64,000 bases of DNA from Eledone cirrhosa (Eukaryota), in NCBI GenBank assembly GCA_964016885.1, contig OZ024743.1, positions 51,460,001 to 51,524,000 of the forward strand, read 5' to 3'. Made by a program: the position numbers and the translations under genes. Below, in pieces: positions 24,297 to 36,893 of this stretch (positions within the stretch are counted from its first letter, which is position 1; every line of letters begins with the position of its first letter). The notes under the pieces are model-generated. The model was not told the DNA's origin. It made no database searches and worked only from the letters and a program-made list of their open reading frames with translations.

Positions 24297-26645
24297 TCAT
24301 TGTTTAACGTCTATTTTCGATGCTAGCATGGGTTAGATGGATTGTCCTGTTTGAGGCAAGTCGGGTCAGGTGACCATGTCTTGCTCATACAAAACTGTTT
24401 CTGGCTTAGTTTCTATGGCTGGACGCCTTTCCTAACACCAACCACTTTAGAGTGTGGGCTGGGTGCTTTTTGTCATGACACCTACATGATCCCTTTACAG
24501 TGTGGGCTGGGTGCTTTTTGTCATGACACCTACATGATCCCTTTACAGCGTGGGCTGGGTGCTTTTTGTCATGACACCTACATGATCCCTTTACAGTGTG
24601 GTCTGGGTGCTTTTTGTCATGACACCTACATGATCCCTTTACAGTGTGGGCTGGGTGCTTTTTGTCATGACACCTACATGATCCCTTTACAGTGTGGGCT
24701 GGGTGCTTTTTGTCATGACACCTACATGATCCCTTTACAGTGTGGGCTGGGTGCTTTTTGTCATGACACCTACATGATCCCTTTACAGCGTGGGCTGGGT
24801 GCTTTTTGTCATGACACCTACATGATCCCTTTACAGTGTGGGCTGGGTGCTTTTTGTCATGACACCTACATGATCCCTTTACAGTGTGGGCTGGGTGCTT
24901 TTTGTCATGACACCTACATGATCCCTTTACAGTGTGGGCTGGGTGCTTTTTGTCATGACACCTACATGATCCCTTTACAGTGTGGGCTGGGTGCTTTTTG
25001 TCATGACACCTACATGATCCCTTTACAGCGTGGGCTGGGTGCTTTTTGTCATGACACCTACATGATCCCTTTACAGTGTGGGCTGGGTGCTTTTTGTCAT
25101 GACACCTACATGATCCCTTTACAGTGTGGGCTGGGTGCTTTTTGTCATGACACCTACATGATCCCTTTACAGTGTGGGCTGGGTGCTTTTTGTCATGACA
25201 CCTACATGATCCCTTTACAGTGTGGGCTGGGTGCTTTTTGTCATGACACCTACATGATCCCTTTACAGTGTGGACTGGTTGCTTTTTGTCATGACACCTA
25301 CATGATCCCTTTACAGTGTGGACTGGGTGCTTTTTGTCATGACACCTACATGATCCCTTTACAGTGTGGGCTGGGTGCTTTTTGTCATGACACCTACATG
25401 ATCCCTTTACAGTGTGGACTGGTTGCTTTTTGTCATGACACCTACATGATCCCTTTACAGTGTGGACTGGGTGCTTTTTGTCATGACACCTACATGATCC
25501 CTTTACAGTGTGGGCTGGGTGCTTTTTGTCATGACACCTACATGATCCCTTTACAGCGTGGGCTGGGTGCTTTTTGTCATGACACCTACATGATCCCTTT
25601 ACAGTGTGGACTGGTTGCTTTTTGTCATGACACCTACATGATCCCTTTATAGTGTGGACTGGGTGCTTTTTGTCATGACACCTACATGATCCCTTTACAG
25701 TGTGGACTGCTTGCTTTTTGTCATGACACCTACATGATCCCTTTACAGTGTGGACTGGGTGCTTTTTGTCATGACACCTACATGATCCCTTTACAGCGTG
25801 GGCTGGGTGCTTTTTGTCATGACACCTACATGATCCCTTTACAGTGTGGACTGGTTGCTTTTTGTCATGACACCTACATGATCCCTTTATAGTGTGGACT
25901 GGGTGCTTTTTGTCATGACACCTACATGATCCCTTTACAGTGTGGACTGCTTGCTTTTTGTCATGACACCTACATGATCCCTTTACAGTGTGGACTGGGT
26001 GCTTTTTGTCATGACACCTACATGATCCCTTTACAGTGTGGGCTGGGTGCTTTTTGTCATGACACCTACATGATCCCTTTACAGTGTGGACTGGTTGCTT
26101 TTTGTCATGACACCTACATGATCCCTTTACAGTGTGGACTGGTTGCTTTTTGTCATGACACCTACATGATCCCTTTACAGTGTGGACTGGTTGCTTTTTG
26201 TCATGACACCTACATGATCCCTTTACAGTGTGGACTGGTTGCTTTTTGTCATGACACCTACATGATCCCTTTACAGTGTGGACTGGTTGCTTTTTGTCAT
26301 GACACCTACATGATCCCTTTATAGTGTGGACTGGTTGCTTTTTGTCATGACACCTACATGATGCCTTTACAGTGTGGACTGGTTGCTTTTTGTCATGACA
26401 CCTACATGATCCCTTTACAGTGTGGACTGGTTGCTTTTTCTTGTGATACCAACATGACAAATTTACAGTGTAGGGTGGTGCGAACAGAATTGGGTGGGTG
26501 TTGGGGTAAAGAAGGGGGGTATAGTGGTTAAGAGGTGCCTCCTAGATGTATTTTTCTGTCAGTGCACATGGGGAGGTGGGTCTTCTGTATTACTGCATAG
26601 TGCCAAAGATCTTGAACCTGTGTCATTGTCTTTGAGAGGTGCAAT
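24297..26645 (-). mobile_element. RTE family B 3' fragment whose UTR carries a 2-kb tandem array
   Basis: Tail and UTR at 24297-24446; ORF-end sequence gggtcttctgtattactgca...gtcattgtctttgagaggtg at 26578-26645 homologous to 1305-1370. Confidence 0.85.
24446..26440. repeat. 48-bp minisatellite, ~41 units (tttacagtgtgggctgggtgctttttgtcatgacacctacatgatccc)
   Basis: 16-aa periodicity in ORFs 24342-25652 and 24406-26460; no spacers. Confidence 0.97.
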
Positions 26646-26723
26646 CATTCATGAATGTAAGTGTGCTTAGTAGGATGTTTGTATGTGTGCATGAAGTAAG
26701 ATTATGTAGTGAAAGATGTGTGC

Positions 26724-26764
<41 letters not shown>

Positions 26765-27112
26765 GTGAGTCTAACTGTGTTTACCTAGTGAGGACATAGA
26801 TTTAATTTGAAAGAAAAAAATGAAACGGGGCCCCTGGGATGTTGGAACACAAGCTTTTAAATTAGCCAGTCTGGTACACTTCTTTCCATTCGATTATTGA
26901 CTCTAGCTTGATTAAGAGGGCTTCCTTAATTCCAGAAATCAAATTCACAACCTCACGATTGTGAATCCAATTCTCTAACCACTCAGCCATGAGCCTTCAC
27001 AAATATATATATAAATATATATACACATACACACACAAATATATATATATATTTATATATATATACACATACACACAAATATATCTATATATATATATAT
27101 ATACACACACAA

Positions 27113-27169
<57 letters not shown>

Positions 27170-27244
27170 CACATACACACACATATATATATATACACAC
27201 ATACACACACACATATATATATATGATGATGATACACACACACA

Positions 27245-27304
<60 letters not shown>

Positions 27305-27528
27305 AGAGAGTGTTGAAGTTTGCTTGAAGCATTGTGGAATAATAAAAATAGTCGTTTTGGAAGCCTCAACAATACAGATGGGTAAATCTTTACCCATCTG
27401 CATTGTTGAGGCTCCCAAAACGACTATTCATTTATATATATATACATATATATATATGTGTGTGTATAAGAAAAAAATATGTGTATATATATATATATAT
27501 ACAGGAGTATGTATATATATATATATTT

Positions 27529-27760
27529 GTCACGACAAAAAACACACAGTCCACGCTGTAATGTGGCCGTGTAGGCAACACGGTAAAAACCTCCCAGACC
27601 CACACTGTAAATGTGGTTGGTGTTAGGAAGGGCATCCAACTGTAGAAAACCTGCCAGACAGTCCCATGCGAGCAAGACCATCACTCTTGCCTCAAGTGGG
27701 ACTACCCCCGTCCAAACCCATGCAAGCGTGGAACACGGACGTTAAACGTTGATGATGATG
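27529..27760 (+). mobile_element. Family B young-subfamily 3' UTR fragment
   Basis: Near-identical to 18752-18982. Confidence 0.9.
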
Positions 27761-29763
27761 ATTAGGGTGGCCCTTAGCAATAGGTAATTTTCCAAAAGTT
27801 ATTGCTGCTCCCACCCTCTAATCCTGTTTCAATCAACAGAACAATGGGGTGTGCAAAATTTCAGCTCAATTGGACAAATGTTAGGCGACCCTCAAACGCC
27901 TTGAAGTTGGAACATAGTATACGCAACAATTAATTCTGTTCAAAAGTGGTATACTGTTCCCTATCTCGACCATTTTATTTTTTCTTCTTAGAGAAATTTA
28001 TGTGGACACATCCAGGCAACCCCAGCAAAATGTATATATATACATTGTATATATATACATTGTATATATATCAGTTCCTGTCCAACCCTTGCAAGCAGGG
28101 AAAAGCGGACGTAAAATGATGATGATGATACATTGTATATAACCACATACTGATATATGTATATATGCTCCTCTCCTCCTCATCATCCAATTCCTCCGCT
28201 TCCACTCCCCCCCCTCACCTTCCAGCCCTTCATCTACCTCCATTTCCACCCCTTCCTACCTTTTCTCTCCTTGCTCTCCTTTTCTCATTGCTCTCCTTTT
28301 CCCATTGCTCTCCTTTTCCCATTGCTCTCCTTTCTCCTTGCTCTCCTTTTCTCCTTGCTCTCCCTTTCTCCTTGCTCTCCTTCCTTCTCTCCTTGCTCTC
28401 CTTTTCTCCTTGCTCTCCTTTTCTCCTTGCTCTCCTTTCTCCTTGCTCTCCCCTTCTTGCTCTCCTTTTATCCTTGCTCTCCTTTCTCCTTTCTCTCCTT
28501 TCTCCTTGCTCTCCTTTCTCCTTGCTCTCCTAGCTCTCCTTTTCTTCTTGCTCTCCTTTTCTCCTAGCTCTCCTTTTCTTCTTGCTCTCCTTTTCTCCTT
28601 GCTCTCCCTTTCTCCTTGCTCTCCTTTTCTCCTTGCTCATCCTTTCTCCTTGCTCTCCCTCTCTCCTTGTTCTCATTCTCTCCTTGTTCTCCTCTCCTTT
28701 TCTCCTTGCTCTCCTTTCTCCTTGCTCTCCTTTCTCCTTGCTCTCCTTTTTTCCTTGCTATCTTTTCCCCTTGCCCTCCTTTCTCCTTGCTCTCCGTTCT
28801 CTTTGCTCTCCTTACCCTCCTTTCTCCTTGCCCTCTTTTCTCTTTGCTCTCCTTCTCTCCTTGCTCTCCTTGTTCTCCTTTTCTCCTTTTCTCCTTACTC
28901 TCCTTTTCTCTTTGCTCTTCTTGCTCTCCTTTCTCTTTTCTCTCCTTTCTCTTTTCTCTCCTTTCTCTTTGCTCTCCTTTCTCCTTGCTCTCCTTTCTCC
29001 TTGCTCTCCTTTTTTCCTTGCTCTCCTTTCTCCTTGCTCTCCTTTTTTCCTTGCTCTCCTTTTTTCCTTGCTCTCCTTTTTTCCTTGCTCTCTTTTCCCC
29101 TTGCCCTCCTTTCTCCTTGCTCTCCGTTCTCTTTGCTCTCCTTACCCTCCTTTCTCCTTGCCCTCTTTTCTCTGCTCTCCTTCTCTCATTGCTCTCCTTG
29201 TTCTCCTTTTCTCCTTTTCTCCTTACTCTCCTTTTCTCTTTGCTCTCCTTTCTCTTTGCTCTCCTTTTCTCCTTGCTCTCATTTCCTTTGCTCTCCCTTT
29301 CTCTTTGCTCTCCTTGATATCCTTTTCTCTTTGCTCTCCTTTCTCTTTGTTTTCCTTTCTCCTTGCCCCCCTTTCTCCTTGCTCTCATTTTCTCCTTGCT
29401 CTCCTTTCTCCTGTCCCCTTGCTCTCCTTTTCTCCTTGCTCTCCTTTTCTCCTTGCTCTCCTTTCTCCTTGCTCTCCTTTTCTTCTTGCTCTCCTTTTCT
29501 TCTTGCTCTCCTTTTCTTCTTGCTCTCCTTTTCTTCTTGCTCTCCTTTTCTCTTTGCTCTCCTTTTCTCCTGTCTCTTTGCTCTCCTTTCTCCTTGCTCT
29601 CCTTTTCTTCTTGCTCTCCTTTTCTTCTTGCTCTCCTTTTTTTCTTGCTCTCCTTTTCTTCTTGCTCTCCTTTTCTCTTTGCTCTCCTTGCTCTCGTTTT
29701 CTCCTTTACTCTAAACTTTTAGACTAAACGTTTAGAAAGTTGAAAAATAAGGGCCACCCTAAT
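27761..29763. mobile_element. Non-autonomous TIR DNA element, inflated by later insertions
   Basis: ATTAGGGTGGCCCTTA (27761-27776) and its exact reverse complement TAAGGGCCACCCTAAT (29748-29763). Confidence 0.65.
28230..29705. repeat. ~1.5-kb polypyrimidine/polypurine tract (ccttgctctccttttct)n
   Basis: Direct reading. Confidence 0.95.
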
Positions 29764-29764
29764 A

Positions 29765-30554
29765 TCTATATAAAACTGAGGATGTCTGTCTGTGTGTGTA
29801 TGAGTTTGAATCCCTAAAACTCGAGAAGCACGCAACCGACTGTTTTCAAACTTTACACATGTAATACTTATGTTTCAGGGAATGTTCTGAGCAAAAACAT
29901 TTCAAATTTTCAATGCCCTAGGGACCGCATTAGACGATTTAGCGATCTCTCTCTATAATTCTTAGTCTTTCTCCTTTTAGATAGATACATACATATAACA
30001 TCGTGCCCTTATAATATCTCTGTATGTCTGACTGTCTGCATTACGTCACTTCCCTGAGGATGTCTGCCTGTGTGTGTGTGTGTGTGTGAGCGTGTGTGTG
30101 TGCGTCTGTGAGTTTGAATCCCTAAAACTCGAGAAGTACCCAACCGACTTTTTTCAAACTTTACATGTGTATTACTTATGTTTCAGAGAGTGTTATGCAC
30201 ATAAAAAATCCAACTTTTTTATGGCCTAGGGCCTGCATTAGGTGAAAAACTTCACTTTTTTCAGCTTTTTAGGGCCTTTTTGAGGCGTTACGTCTAGCCG
30301 ATTTCCCTGAAATTTCAAGGCTTATTATGCACATAAAAAAATTCATTTTCTTGATCTCCTAGGGCTCGCATTAGGTGAAAACCTGCATTTTTCCTGCTTT
30401 ATCAAGGAAAATCTTAAAGATTATCCAGCCATCAGAGTATTTGGTTTATTTTCTTTACATATTGTCCAGGCATGCAATTTTTCCACGATTAGGTTTGTTG
30501 GCGACCCGCGTTCCAAAATACCTTATCCCGTGCAACGCCGGGTACCACTGCTAG
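29765..30554 (+). mobile_element. Non-autonomous Helitron
   Basis: A|TC...CTAG|T termini, subterminal hairpin cccg-tgcaacgc-cggg, 5' (gtct)n; homologous to 38360-39138. Confidence 0.85.
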
Positions 30555-30612
30555 TATAATGTATATGTGTGCATATATATATATATATATAAATATAAAT
30601 ATACAATAAAGT

Positions 30613-31206
30613 ATGTCCATAGAATCATTTGATAAAATATATACATCATTTCCTCTCCCAATCAGCATAATCAACCATACAAAAAACCAATTAAACAAGG
30701 CTATAAGATTAAAAGGCACATATGAAGAAATAATAGATAAATAAACGACAGCTATCTATCCGCGATCAAAAGCTATAGAATATTTACCCAGCATTTCTAA
30801 TAGCACGTGGAAATCGATTAAATATATCGTCAACCATACACAATTAGGTATAAAATCAAAGTTAGAAGAAAAAATGTATATAAACATACCAAAATTATGT
30901 TTCTACCCCATGTGGTTTCATTCACTTTTTGGAAATATCCGATCAAGGATAAATTCACGAGTTTCGAAATCATCAGGAAACAAACTCACTTGGACGAAGA
31001 TTTTTCTTAAATGATCCCCGCCAGAAACGAATTCAAAATGGCTAAGAACTGTGACATGGCAGTGGTCAAGTCAGAAAGAATGTGATTGGTGCCTTACGGC
31101 GAGTGGGCTGGTTGCTAGAAAGCGCTGCCTAAATTGCATCTCAACCATATGGGAGATTATCAAATATAAAGATTTACATATACATAAACTAGACAAAGTC
31201 TTAGAT
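30613..31206 (+). pseudogene. Decayed reading frame of unknown origin with CDWC-x11-CLNC
   Basis: About 198 in-frame codons with only two stops (30742 TAA, 31012 TGA), hand-translated; flanked by (TA)n. Confidence 0.5.
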
Positions 31207-31387
31207 ATATATATATATATGAGTTTTTGGCAACCATTCACGATGTGGCTCAATATATTTATATATATATATATATATATAAATTACACAATAATCAAAG
31301 TTATGTTCAAATCATTTTATTGCTGACAATCGTTTCTTCCAAACTTTCGTTTGGGAGTCATCGGAACACTAGCAATGTTTGTACATA

Positions 31388-31540
31388 TATCATCATCATC
31401 ATTTTACGTCTGCTTTTCTCTGCTTGCAAGGGTGGGATGGGACCTATTCAGCACAGCATCTCTCCACTTGTCATGGTCCTTTGTCATCTCCTCCATGAGC
31501 TTCAGCGATCTGAGGTCTGCTCTCACCTCCTCCGCCCACA
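31388..31540 (-). mobile_element. Short RTE family A 3' fragment
   Basis: Homologous to 22531-22690. Confidence 0.85.
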
Positions 31541-32799
31541 TACACACACAAACTATATATACATATAAAGAAACGGTCATTTGTAATGCTGGATGCTATT
31601 GTCTTTGAAGAAAATTTTGCTGATCATGTGGAATGTCTTTAATTATAGTTGTATAACCCCAGTTTGACTACTTAACCTTGACCAAGGTTACTTAATAATT
31701 ACAGTAGCCTTCAGTAGTATTTATAACAACAGCTTTTAATTAGCCCTTCACTCATTCTGTCTTTCTTTAACCCTCTTCTGATCATATTTCTAATGAAAAA
31801 CACTCTTTCAGTTAATTGATGAATAGCTTTAGTGGGATGGAATAAAATTATTTCATTACTAAGATAGTAATTTAACATATGGTTTTTATATAAAATTATT
31901 TTGGATGATTTTTATTTAAATAGGAACCTTTTAAAATGGGTGATTTTGTTTCATAGAACCGTCTAACCCATGCTAGCGTGGAAGATGGACGTTAAATGAA
32001 GATGAGAACCAGAGTCAGTTTTCGCCAGTTTGGTATTAAAGGGCCTAAGCTATACTGTATCCAGAAAAACATTGTCCTGGACATGTCTGCTTCCCTTCAG
32101 AGAATGGAGTGGGATGTAATTGAGGTGAAGCAACCACATTGAGGTTTACCTCTTTGGTTTGTATCTACCTATGTGTTACCTTATTTGTCAGATTGTAGGT
32201 GATATAATCTTAATATTATTAATTGTATTTTTATTTATTTCTTCAATCTCAGGTCACTTCTAACTGTTGTAGTTTTGCCCCAGGTCAGTCCTGGTTGAGC
32301 AAACCTGTGTTGAAGTGAGTTCCAGCCATGAGCATCCTGTCTTTTTTCTTGACAGTATATCTTGGACTATATTATCTATTATTTTCTACCTCTTTTCTTT
32401 GAGAGATTCCACTGAGAATTTGAGAGTATTTGTTCCAACTCCCTGCACTCTGAATTCAAATCCTGTTAAGATCAACTTTGCCTTTCATCCTTTTAAGGTT
32501 GATAAAGTCACCAGTACAGTGTCTGGGATGTTGGCTGACATATTTTAAGGTATCTGATCTGGCTCTCTGACAAATTTCAAATTCTGCTGTCAGAAGCTGC
32601 AACCAGCGGATTGTATGAGTAATGGAAAGACCAATGGAAATATTTTCCTAAGTCTGACCGGATTCAAATAAATTTGGCTGCTATTTCGAGCATGTGGGAC
32701 ACCTCAGTTGAATTTATTGATGGTTTGTCATTTTCAGTTATCAGTTTACATGTGTTTTTCCATATTTGCACAGGCTGAACAAAGCCTGAAGCTTATCCT

Positions 32800-33420
32800 G
32801 GTTTCATGGGTGTTAAGTTACTGAGAATACAGTACTCTCCCTCTTGAATAAGACTAGTCAGTTGCAGGGTTAACTCCCAGCTACTGCTGTTGGTACTTAT
32901 TTTCAGCTGAGTGAAATAGACTAATGTGAAATAAAGTGGCTTACACAAGGATGTGATGCCATGCAAGTTTTGGTCTGGGAATTGAGCCCAACACCCTAAC
33001 CACTAGATCACACACATACACTTGTTTCATCACTAACCATTAACATATTACGTCTGCTTTTTCATACTTGCATGGGTTGACAGGCCCTTTTCAGTATAGC
33101 TTCCTTCCTCATTGGGTTCCTTCTTCATCGCCTCTGTCAAGTTCAGCATTTTAAGATTACCTTTCACTACTTTTGCTCACATCTTTCCCCTACTGCATCT
33201 TCCTTCCACGGACATCTCTTGGCACTTCTTTGGCCAATACTCACCATCCTTGCACATTACATATCATTGCAATTTTCCTTCATGCATACTACATGTGATT
33301 CCTCTTATATCTAGTTTTTCTCTCAGTTCATCCATGCTTTATTGTTCCTATACTTTAACATCACCCATCTCTTGAAATATACTCCATTTCTCTTCTGTCT
33401 TGCCATATCCACTGCATTCA
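32800..33420 (-). mobile_element. Decayed tRNA-SINE (~32800-33010) followed by a decayed RTE 3' fragment (~33040-33420)
   Basis: Similarity to the other SINE and RTE copies in this window. Confidence 0.55.
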
Positions 33421-33952
33421 ATATCAAAGTTGTAAATTACCATCAAGAGTGCTGATTACCATATTTCAAAAATTTAATTTACTGTTCAGAATTATTTCAA
33501 ACCATTGAATTATGTTGCTATTGAATTCCATCATTTATTCTCACATCTTACATCTCTCATTATTTCTACTGATATATTTGTACACTTCACCTCTCACAGA
33601 TTCACGTCTAATTAGATTAATTTCAACATTGGGGTTTCTTAATATCATCAGTTGACCTTGTTAGAAACTGGCCCTGAAGCCACATGGCAAAACTGAATTC
33701 TGACATTACAGAAACTTGAACATTTTACTGTTTCAAACATATTTAATACATCTCCTTATAATATATAACCAGCAATTTCTCTGTTTGTCTATCTGTCTGT
33801 CCGACAGTGGAAACACGTGCGCGCGTGCGAATGTTTTTTGCGCACGCGTAGAGTGAAAGAAAGAGACAGACTACGAGAGGGGGATAGCGGGAGGGAGAGA
33901 GGGGGGGAATTGAGGAGTGCTACAGAAACATATATACATTTCTGTGTGTGTG

Positions 33953-33991
<39 letters not shown>

Positions 33992-34271
33992 GAAATATAT
34001 ATCTCCTTATAATATATAACCAGCAATTTCTCTGTCTCTCTGTCCGACAGTGGAAACACGTGCGCGCGTGGTTGCTATCTCTCTCTCTCTCCAGCTATCC
34101 CTCTCTTTTAGTCTGTCTGTTTCTCTCACTCTCACTCTTTGTAACACACTAACATTCCTCCCCTCTATCGCTGTGACGAATGGGGAGATGGAGGAGGAGA
34201 GAGTAACTTCGTCACTTCACATCTGCCTTTCTTTCTCTCCCCTCTCACTCCCTCATTACGTACAGACATTA

Positions 34272-34465
34272 GGGCGGTGGATTGGCAGAATCTGTAGAGA
34301 GTCGGACACCATGCTTCATAGCATGGAGTTACGTCCCTTTACGGTCTGAGTTCAAATACCACCGAGGTTAACTTTGCCTTTCATCCTCACGGGGTCGATA
34401 AAATAAAGTACCAGTAATGTACTGGGTAATTGCTGGCCTTGTGCCAAAAGTAGAAACAATTATTA
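34272..34465 (+). mobile_element. tRNA-derived SINE, well preserved
   Basis: ggcggtggattggcagaat...ctgagttcaaatacc...aactttgcctttcatcc...gtcgataaaataaagtaccag...agaaacaattatt. Other copies at ~15870-15950, 41890-42240, 56330-56540 and 58648-58770. Confidence 0.8.
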
Positions 34466-34764
34466 GAAACATTGCTTCATTTTTACATATCTAAGCATTA
34501 GTAAAATAACTAATAATTTCAAAGGTAATTTTTCAATTCCAATTGTTATGAACAGCAAAACATTAATAATAATTTTGTTCTAAGAAATATATATACATTT
34601 CTGTGTGTGTAATATATATATATATATACACACAGAGAAATATATATACATTTCTGTGTGTGTAATATATATATATACACACAGAAATATATATACATTT
34701 CTGTGTGTGTAATATATATATATATATACACACATACAGAAATATATATACATTTCTGTGTGTG

Positions 34765-34799
<35 letters not shown>

Positions 34800-34882
34800 G
34801 GAGGTGAGTTTTATTGTAGTACAATAAAGCAATGCAGATATCGGATAAGAAGCACTCTACAGTTTGTAGGACTGGAGTATAC

Positions 34883-36893
34883 ATAATATAAGATCAAAAG
34901 ATGGTTAAAGGAGTTCCATGTATTTTATTATGTGCATTTCAAAAACAAATATCATCATGCAATAATATTTGTGCTTTCATCAGATAAAATAGGAAGACAT
35001 GATATGAAGGTTAAAAAACACTTGTGAATAGTGCAGTTTTAAATCAACATATGAAAAGTAGTTTTAGATTGATGTGTGATATTGGGAAAAAAAAAATTGT
35101 TGAGGGGAGGGGGGGGGGGGGGGGCGTTGGAAAGGATGAAAAAGAGGAGGAGATGAGAGTAAAAAGTGGAGGGGGAGGAGTATAATGAGGAAGGATGAGA
35201 TAGGAGGAGAGATGGGTGATAGAGAGAGAGAGATAGCTTTTATAACTGAGAAAAATATATTGTTTTACATAGAAGGTTTTACATAGAGTGCTTCTTATCC
35301 GACATCTGCATTGCCCCACCGCACTACAACAAAACTCACCTCCCACATATATATATACATATATATACATATATATATATGAAAAAGTTAGTCCTTCATC
35401 AGTGATCTTCCAATCATCATTGGTATTTCATCGCTTTAAAGACCATATACCTCCGGTTGGTGCGAGCAACGGCTAAAAAAAGTCGTTGGGACACGTAAAT
35501 AAAGGGGACACGAGAGTGTAAACAAACAAAGATGGTGAAGCAACGAAAAGTGAGGAAGAACGAGTCAAGTCCCAAATTTCCATGAATATAAGTTCGGTGA
35601 AATCGTGAACGAGAGAGAATAAAGACCATCAAACCTGGTTTGGAATGTGAGCAAGGAAGGAATTTCGTACAGGTCTAACGGGAGGAAGAAGGGCTCTAGT
35701 CCGTGAATTTAGTGAACATAAGTTCTGTGAAATCGTAGACGAGAGAGAGAAAAAAGGCGAACCTGCCTGACCAAGATTGCGTTTATTCTCATATCTACAT
35801 ATATATATACATATATATATTTATTTATTTAATAGAGAAAGGCCTCCACAGGACCAGAACTGTTTCACCCGGGAGAAATCAAGAAGCCTGATGATTTCTC
35901 TCGAATGAAACAGCTCCAGTCCTGTAGAAGCCTTTCCATATTAAATATTTATACTCTGTTTATTCTCTATTAAATAAATAAATATATATATGTATATATA
36001 TATGTAGATATGAGAATAAACGCAATCTTGGTCAGGCAGGTTCGCCTTTTTTCTCTCTCTCGTCTACGATTTCACAGAACTTATGTTCACCAAATTCACG
36101 GACTAGAGCCCTTCTTCCTCCCGTTAGACCTGTACGAAATTCCTTCCTTGCTCACATTCCAAACCAGGTTTGATGGTCTTTATTCTCTCTCGTTCACGAT
36201 TTCACCGAACTTATATTCATGGAAATTTGGGACTTGACTCGTTCTTCCTCACTTTTCGTTGCTTCACCATCTTTGTTTGTTTACACTCTCGTGTCCCCTT
36301 TATTTACGTGTCCCAACGACTTTTCTTAGCCGTTGCTCGCACCAACCGGAGGTATATGGTCTTTAAAGCGATGAAATACCAATGATGATTGGAAGATCAC
36401 TGATGAAGGACTAACTTTTTCATATATATATATGTATATATATGTATATATATATGTGGGAGGTGAGTTTTGTTGTAGTGCGGTGGGGCAATGCAGATGT
36501 CGGATAAGAAGCACTCTATGTAAAACCTTCTATGTAAAACAATATATTTTTCTCAGTTATAAAAGCTATCTCTCTCTCTCTATCACCCATCTCTCCTCCT
36601 ATCTCATCCTTCCTCATTATACTCCTCCCCCTCCACTTTTTACTCTCATCTCCTCCTCTTTTTCATCTTCCCCCCCCTCCCCTCAACAATTTTTTTTCCC
36701 AATATCACACATCAATCTAAAACTACTTTTCATATGTTGATTTAAAACTGCACTATTCACAAGTGTTTTTTAACCTTCATATCATGTCTTCCTATTTTAT
36801 CTGATGAAAGCACAAATGTTATTGCATGATGATATTTGTTTTTGAAATGCGCATAATAAAATACATGGAACTCCTTTAACCATCTTTTGATCT

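Noticed and set aside
24446-26440. CRISPR-like or RT-associated array (retron, DGR) next to an RT ORF
   Set aside because: Units are contiguous with no unique spacers, there are no cas genes, the RT is a eukaryotic RTE LINE, and the array belongs to the UTR of a separate LINE copy.
24342-26460. 436-aa and 684-aa Cys/His-rich ORFs
   Set aside because: They follow from a stop-free 48-bp unit; no splice or coding evidence.
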